This document shows, one piece after another, positions 13,101-17,884 of a DNA stretch of 17,884 nucleotides (positions are counted from its first letter, which is position 1; each line of letters opens with the position of its first letter). A model generated the notes under the pieces. That model had not been told where the DNA came from. It ran no database searches and saw only the letters and a list, made by a program, of their open reading frames with translations. The stretch lies in IMG/VR virus record IMGVR_UViG_3300045988_145198. One strand, written 5' to 3'. A program made the translations under genes and the position numbers. This DNA is from a virus.

Positions 13101-13432
13101 GACACCCCCATGCCGGCGGGTATGCCGGCGGCGCGCAGTTTCGGCCATGCGCTGCGCATCGGGTCGGTGCTGATTCTGAACGGTTCCACGCCGTCCACGG
13201 TCAGGCCGACGATGCCGTTGCGCGCGTCCTTCGCCTGCCATAGATCGAGGGAGATGCCAAGCACCACGTCATCGAGCAGTGGTTGGGCCAGTGTGTAGCC
13301 GGCGATGTGTGGGGCGAGGTATGCGCGCGCGGTCTTCAGCATGTCCGATAGCGTGGGCCTGTCGTCATCGTCCATGGTCCCGGCGAGATAGGCCAGTCTG
13401 CTGGTGAGCGGGTCCTGTTCGGTGTCGCTCAT
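13097..13432 (-). CDS. Head-tail adaptor (gp6-like, 111 aa)
   Basis: Track ORF trimmed to MSDTEQDPLTSRLAYL...LSDMLKTARAYLAPHIAG. It is the first gene after the capsid gene, which is the typical adaptor position and size. Confidence 0.5.
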   Translation of the reverse strand: MSDTEQDPLTSRLAYLAGTMDDDDRPTLSDMLKTARAYLAPHIAGYTLAQPLLDDVVLGISLDLWQAKDARNGIVGLTVDGVEPFRISTDPMRSAWPKLRAAGIPAGMGVS

Positions 13433-13434
13433 GG

Positions 13435-15021
13435 TCAGGCGGCGGCGAACTTGACGGGCAGGATGCCCTGCTTGAACGTGGTGCCGAACGCGGCGTAGCC
13501 GTAGACGCTGAACTGGCGGGTCAGGTTGATGATGTTGTCGGCCTGGAGCTGGAACGGGGAGCCGTTGGACTCCCACATGGTCACGGCGCTCTTGTCCATG
13601 AACACCACGGTGCCGTTCGGCGCGCCATCGAGCATACGCACGTCCTGGCGGAGCAGTCGGCCGCTGATTGATGCCGGGTCGAGCGAGCCGAGCGTGTCCG
13701 AGCCTTGGCCGGAGACGTCCAGGAAACGGTTGCCCTCGTCGGTCAGGTGCGCGATGGCCTTGAACACGTCCGGGCTCACGCCGATGTAGTCCAGGGTTGC
13801 GTTCACGTCGTCGAACTTGGCCGATGCGTCGATGATGAGATCGATCCAGTCGTTGGGCTTCAGAGCATCGGCGGTCTTTCCCACGGCCAGTTTGTCCGTG
13901 TCGCCAATGGCTTCGATGGAACCGTAGAGCGCGGTTCGGGCCGCGTTCTCGGTGGCGCGGGCGTAGGCCGCGGTCAGGCAACGCATCTCGAAGCTCACGT
14001 CCCCCACGGGCATGCGTTCGATGCGCTGGCGGCTCAGGTCGCCGTAGCCGCCGTATGTGTCGATGACGGCGGATTCGTCGCCGAACGTGACCTTGCCGAA
14101 GGGCAGCGAGTCGCCTTCCTTCGCCTGCTTGGCGACGGTGTGCGTGTCGGATTTGAGCACGAGATAGCTCATGCTCATTCCCTCCGCCGGCAGGGGCTGA
14201 TGGGTGAGCAGCGTGGCGATCTTGCGTTTCTGCTCCAGAATGCGGATGCGGTCGGCGATCCAGGTGGGTTGCGGGTCGGCGTCCGCCACTACGGAACCGG
14301 TGTAGTCACGGGACAACAGCGCATTGTAGGCTTCCCGAGCCGCTTCGGCCTTGCCGGTGTCGTCGGACACCAGCGCCTTGAGCAGTTCGCCCTGGCTGTG
14401 GTATTCGCCCAGCGGCGACGTGCCGCGCTGCTGATTGAGACGGCTGGTCAGCGTGGTCTCGATGCCGCGCAGAATCTCGGCCTGTTCGTCCTGGCGGTTG
14501 GTGAGCTTGGCCAGGGCTTCGGTCCATTTCTCGGCCTGTTCGGTCATTGGGGTTTCCTCCTGATTGTTGTTGCGATGGTTGGTGAGTTTCGCGTTTTCAT
14601 AGGCCGGCCAGCTCACGAGGCTGGTCTCCAAGAGCCGGACCTTCCTGCGATGGGTCACGCCGTCCTTGTCCTTCCGGTCCTCGATGGGAACGAAGCCCAC
14701 ACTGAGCGAATCAAGGGCCCCCTCGTCCAGCAGGGCCACGGCGTCGCGCCCCTGCTGGGTGTCCGCGATGCGCGCGGTGATGTGCAGGCCGTCCTCGCGG
14801 TTCTCGCCGGATGTGATGGAGCCGATAAGGGTGTCGTGCTGGTAGTAGAGCTTCGCGGAGTCGAGCCCCTCGAAGACGGTGTCGGGGTCGAAGGTCTCGC
14901 GTTCGCCCCACACGTCGATGACGTCGCCGAACGGCACGGCCACGCCCTCGATGGTGCGCCCGTCACCGTCGTCCTCGGAGCGGGCGAGCATTCGCCCCTT
15001 GAATCCGATTTCATGCTTCAT
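13435..15021 (-). CDS. Prohead protease (HK97/S78-like) - scaffold-like linker - HK97-fold major capsid fusion protein (528 aa)
   Basis: The N-terminal 150 aa match the prohead protease pattern (GVAVPFGDV...YYQHD...DSLSVGF...LLETSLVSWPAYENA). A coiled-coil linker follows, then about 330 aa of capsid-like sequence. No separate protease or scaffold gene is present. Confidence 0.8.
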   Translation of the reverse strand: MKHEIGFKGRMLARSEDDGDGRTIEGVAVPFGDVIDVWGERETFDPDTVFEGLDSAKLYYQHDTLIGSITSGENREDGLHITARIADTQQGRDAVALLDEGALDSLSVGFVPIEDRKDKDGVTHRRKVRLLETSLVSWPAYENAKLTNHRNNNQEETPMTEQAEKWTEALAKLTNRQDEQAEILRGIETTLTSRLNQQRGTSPLGEYHSQGELLKALVSDDTGKAEAAREAYNALLSRDYTGSVVADADPQPTWIADRIRILEQKRKIATLLTHQPLPAEGMSMSYLVLKSDTHTVAKQAKEGDSLPFGKVTFGDESAVIDTYGGYGDLSRQRIERMPVGDVSFEMRCLTAAYARATENAARTALYGSIEAIGDTDKLAVGKTADALKPNDWIDLIIDASAKFDDVNATLDYIGVSPDVFKAIAHLTDEGNRFLDVSGQGSDTLGSLDPASISGRLLRQDVRMLDGAPNGTVVFMDKSAVTMWESNGSPFQLQADNIINLTRQFSVYGYAAFGTTFKQGILPVKFAAA

Positions 15022-16123
15022 CGGTGTTTGTTCCTTCCTGTGAGCCTCCGAGCGGGGGCATGTTCTCCCTTGAGCGGGCTTCGTCCACGGTCATCACGCC
15101 GGCCTCGATAGCGATCTTGTAGGTCTCCATGCGGGTTTTCGTGTCCGAACGGCGGAACGAGTCCCAGCCGAAATCGATGGTCTGGCCGCGTGGTATCACC
15201 ATGCTCAGCGCGTCCTTCATCGGCTGCACGTAGGCGTTGAGGGTGAAGTCAGCGAACTGGCTCCATTCCTGTTCCACGTTGCTGTAGGTCAGGCTCGAAC
15301 CGGATTCGGCGAGCATGAGCTTGGGCGGGATGCCGAACAGTCGGGAAAGCAGGGTGGTGTCGAATTTCTGGGTTTCCAGATACTGCATGTCGGACGGGCT
15401 GAGCAGCAACGGCGTGTAGGTCATGCCCCCGCCGATGACCTTGACGCCCTTCATGTTCTTCTCGAACCGTTGCTTGGTGTTGGTGGCGATTTCGTCGTTG
15501 ATCATCTTGTCCGTGGAGAGGATGCCGGACGGCTGGGCGGGTTCGTCGAACCACATGGCCTTCGCATCCCTCGCGTCCATGGCACCGTTGATTTCCGCAC
15601 GGCCGGCCTCCACGGGTCCCAGTCCATGCAGTCTGCCGGGAATGCTCACGAACGGCAGGTGAAGGATATCTTCATCGCGGTAGACGTTGCCCATGTACCC
15701 GTATTGCTTCCACGGGTTCGCGGGGTCGCCGCTCAGGTCCGTGATGCTCACCAACGAGGCGGGCAGCACGCGCAGACCTTTCACGGTGCCGTCCAGGCCT
15801 CTCAATTTCAGCCAGAACGCCTCGCCCCGCACCACCATGTCGCCCACGGTCAGACGGACGAACTCGCTGCGATGACGGTTGGGGTCGGGGCGGGAGATTA
15901 TCGGCAGTTGGGGCACGATCTCCACGCCATCGCGCAACTGACGAAGGGGCAGCCCCGCGATGCTGGTCTCCAGAATCTGGACGGCGCGAAACACGGTGCT
16001 GTAGTGCAGCACGTCGCGGTCGGCCGGGGTACGGGCCGGCGGGGTCGTCAGCGGGCCTTCCGGTCCGGTGGCCGCGCGGTAGGCCGGTGCCATCCGGTTG
16101 AGCAGGCGTTCCACGAGATTCAT
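15011..16123 (-). CDS. Portal protein (HK97-family-like, about 370 aa)
   Basis: Located between TerL and the capsid gene, with typical size. Trimmed to MNLVERLLNRM... because the 27 upstream residues are Arg/His-rich and overlap a DNA-level repeat. Confidence 0.8.
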   Translation of the reverse strand: MNLVERLLNRMAPAYRAATGPEGPLTTPPARTPADRDVLHYSTVFRAVQILETSIAGLPLRQLRDGVEIVPQLPIISRPDPNRHRSEFVRLTVGDMVVRGEAFWLKLRGLDGTVKGLRVLPASLVSITDLSGDPANPWKQYGYMGNVYRDEDILHLPFVSIPGRLHGLGPVEAGRAEINGAMDARDAKAMWFDEPAQPSGILSTDKMINDEIATNTKQRFEKNMKGVKVIGGGMTYTPLLLSPSDMQYLETQKFDTTLLSRLFGIPPKLMLAESGSSLTYSNVEQEWSQFADFTLNAYVQPMKDALSMVIPRGQTIDFGWDSFRRSDTKTRMETYKIAIEAGVMTVDEARSRENMPPLGGSQEGTNTDEA

Positions 16124-16167
16124 GGCCCCAACCATGCACCGGCGCGGCCGGTTCTGTCCATGACGAT

Positions 16168-16204
16168 GCGGCATCCAGCGGCATTGGGCGGCATCCAGCG
16201 GCAT
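16168..16204. repeat. 17-nt direct repeat x2 (20-nt period) in the TerL-portal spacer
   Basis: gcggcatccagcggcat occurs at 16168-16184 and 16188-16204. Confidence 0.9.
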
Positions 16205-16208
16205 GTCG

Positions 16209-17672
16209 TCAGAAGACCTGGATATCGTCGGCCTCCCATTCGGGCAGGTGCATGTATCCCCAGTAGGCCATCGTCATGGCCTCCAACGCGCTCACGTCGC
16301 CGGCCGAACGGTTCCACAGCCATGCGTCGCCGCTCTTGCGTTTCGTGGCCCTGCACACCTGCTCGTCGGCCAGCCTGTCCGAGGCGTGCGTGAGATTATG
16401 TTGCTCCAACGCGCTTACGAACGATTGCGGGGCCGTCACCGCATCTGCCGCCCTCATGTCCGACAGCCGGTAGACGCGCTCGAACGTGTGCGGGTCATGG
16501 GCATTGGCGAGCACATCGGCCAAGGCGGCGGAGGGGCCGCGCGGGTCGATGCATACCGGTGCCCTGTAGTCGTTTTGGAGGGCCAGCAGTCTCGCGGGCG
16601 ATTCGCCGGTGCCCGGCAGGTCGTCAACGATCTGCACGAGCGGCGGCAGTCCCCCGCCAACGCCGATGCAGGCGGCTATCACCGTGTGGGTCGCGTCCAG
16701 GGGCACGCCCACGCCGAAGCACACGCGCATCCCATGCTCCGGCGTGACCGGCTCGTCCATGGTGTCGGCCCACAGCAGGGAGTCGATGGCCCTGTCTGTG
16801 CTGCCGGCGTCGCGGATGTTGCCGAACGCCCTCGCCCAACCCTCCGCGTCGTCGTCGAACTGACGGCGGAACCCGGCCAATTGGTCGAAATCGAACAAAT
16901 AACCGGCCCCCGGGTGATATCGCCATATGGTTTCGAGATCCTCCGGGTCGGCATCGAACGGTATGCCGAAATCAAAGAACGCGGTACGGTCGGGGATATC
17001 GCCGGCCCTCAGCCTGTCCAGGCGGTCGTTGAAATACTCGCTGCTGGCGTTGCCCTCCGTGCTCGTCCACCATATCTGCGGTCTCACGCCGGTGAGCTTC
17101 AGGCGCGTGGTGGTCGTGGGGATGAAACCGTCCTTGAGGTTCTTCGCCTGTTGTTTTGACAGGCTCCATACCTCGTCCACGTTGATCAGGTCGCCCTGCA
17201 CGCCGTGGCCGGCCGCCTCGGTCGCGCCGCCCGGCCTCAGCTGGCTGCCGTTCTTGAACTCCAAGGCCATGCTGCCGTTGCTCAGGCGGGGTGGTTTGGC
17301 GAGTTTCCGCAGTCTCGATTTGCGCCATGATTTGACGAAATCGCGAAACTGGTCGTTGGCGTCCTTGCCGGTCTGGGCGAGATACCAGGTCTTGCGGTCC
17401 GGCCCCCACAACGAGTTGCGCACGTCGTAGCTTTTGGTGATGGTGGTCTTGCCCGCCTGTCGTTGGACGGTGAGCACGAGTTCGTCGTACCAGTAGGTGC
17501 CGGTGGACGGGTCGATCTCGCTGATGACATCGATGACCTGGCGTTGCCACGGGATGAGTGGCTTGCCCAGCAGTTCGCTGAACCTGGCCACGAGAGCGCC
17601 GTCGGTGGCGCGTTCCTGGTTACGCGCGGTCGCGTGGCGCGGTTGCAAGGATGGCGGCTGGTCGTGGTTCAT
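16209..17672 (-). CDS. terL: Terminase large subunit (487 aa)
   Basis: Walker A-like VQRQAGKTT near the N-terminus, typical size, and position before the portal. Its ATG overlaps the stop of the upstream small ORF. Confidence 0.9.
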   Translation of the reverse strand: MNHDQPPSLQPRHATARNQERATDGALVARFSELLGKPLIPWQRQVIDVISEIDPSTGTYWYDELVLTVQRQAGKTTITKSYDVRNSLWGPDRKTWYLAQTGKDANDQFRDFVKSWRKSRLRKLAKPPRLSNGSMALEFKNGSQLRPGGATEAAGHGVQGDLINVDEVWSLSKQQAKNLKDGFIPTTTTRLKLTGVRPQIWWTSTEGNASSEYFNDRLDRLRAGDIPDRTAFFDFGIPFDADPEDLETIWRYHPGAGYLFDFDQLAGFRRQFDDDAEGWARAFGNIRDAGSTDRAIDSLLWADTMDEPVTPEHGMRVCFGVGVPLDATHTVIAACIGVGGGLPPLVQIVDDLPGTGESPARLLALQNDYRAPVCIDPRGPSAALADVLANAHDPHTFERVYRLSDMRAADAVTAPQSFVSALEQHNLTHASDRLADEQVCRATKRKSGDAWLWNRSAGDVSALEAMTMAYWGYMHLPEWEADDIQVF

Positions 17673-17884
17673 CGCGCCGCCTTGCCCAGCAGTTCGGTGA
17701 TTTCGGGGTCGTCGTCCATCGTGTCGTACATGCCCTCGAGCTGTTGGATATAGCCCAGAAGACTGGTCATGTTGCGGCTTATCTCGCGGCCGCGCGCGTT
17801 CTGCACGTCGATGTTGCGGGCGATGCTCAGCATCGATGAATAGATGAAGTCGGCCATCGGGTTCTCGGCCTTGCCGTCCCGGTA
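17669..17884 (-). CDS. 3' part of the 98-aa small-terminase candidate (5' end is at 1-200 after circular closure)
   Basis: Track ORF 17669-17857 stays open to the window edge and continues in frame through the duplicated 119 nt to the ATG at 198-200. Confidence 0.6.
   Translation of the reverse strand, partial: YRDGKAENPMADFIYSSMLSIARNIDVQNARGREISRNMTSLLGYIQQLEGMYDTMDDDPEITELLGKAAR
17766..17884. repeat. Terminal direct repeat, copy 2 (identical to 1-119)
   Basis: Same 119-nt string as the window start. It indicates circular closure or terminal redundancy of the assembly. Confidence 0.95.

Larger units (their letters stand above)
1..17765. mobile_element. One complete unit of a compact temperate siphovirus-like phage genome (excised/attP form, circularly closed contig)
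   Basis: The 119-nt terminal overlap defines a 17,765-bp unit. It contains a full packaging, head, tail and lysis module plus integrase, an XRE switch and an attP-like tRNA fragment. No host-type housekeeping genes are present. Confidence 0.8.

Noticed and set aside
13705-15111. 468-aa plus-strand ORF. The same applies to plus-strand ORFs 897-2189, 10071-11138, 10667-11611, 15470-16393 and 16203-17159.
   Set aside because: All lie antisense to well-supported minus-strand structural or early genes and have Gly/Ala/Arg/Val-dominated composition. They are high-GC antisense artefacts.
16124-16204. Longer portal start (MPLDAAQCRWMPHRH...) at 16204
   Set aside because: The extra 27 residues are Arg/His/Cys-rich and derive from a 20-nt-period DNA repeat with no RBS. 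MNLVERLL... at 16123 looks like a normal portal N-terminus, though the longer form cannot be fully excluded.
1-17884. CRISPR arrays, complete tRNA or rRNA genes, insertion sequences with terminal inverted repeats, diversity-generating retroelement
   Set aside because: Scanning both strands by eye showed no regularly spaced repeat-spacer array, no full cloverleaf, no transposase or reverse-transcriptase motifs, and no template/variable repeat pair.

Overview
The window closes on itself. Bases 1-119 are identical to 17766-17884, so the unique unit is 17,765 bp and is probably a circular or circularly assembled genome. It reads as a complete, very compact temperate siphovirus-type phage of a high-GC Gram-positive host, captured in its excised (attP) form. 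The host is probably actinobacterial; Bifidobacterium-like is only my guess.

Almost all genes run on the minus strand in one direction. In transcription order they are:
- an operon of tightly coupled micro-genes (3246 down to 2425);
- a hairpin-rich gap;
- small DNA-binding genes;
- an HNH endonuclease fused to a P-loop NTPase;
- an AT-rich candidate packaging region;
- a small-terminase candidate that spans the contig junction;
- TerL, portal, a prohead protease-major capsid fusion and connector proteins;
- tail tube, a chaperone pair with a -1 frameshift, tape measure and two tail-tip proteins;
- a membrane protein, an amidase endolysin and a holin.

The plus strand carries only three genes: a low-GC orphan gene (3354-4037), an XRE repressor (4601-4957) and a tyrosine integrase (4976-5815).

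The main finding is that a tRNA 3'-end fragment, the presumed attP core, lies inside the 3' part of the repressor ORF. The viral form of that ORF ends in an ssrA-like ...ILAA tail. A divergent second XRE (Cro-like) gene and int immediately downstream complete the layout. This is the architecture of integration-dependent immunity known from a few mycobacteriophages.

Other points:
- the tRNA T arm is duplicated in inverted orientation next to the core;
- there is no recognisable replication module;
- several micro-ORFs, including two membrane peptides, fall below the ORF-track size cutoff;
- a 450-bp structured gap and some unusual fusions are present.

All functional calls rest on motif recognition by eye. 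No searches were run.
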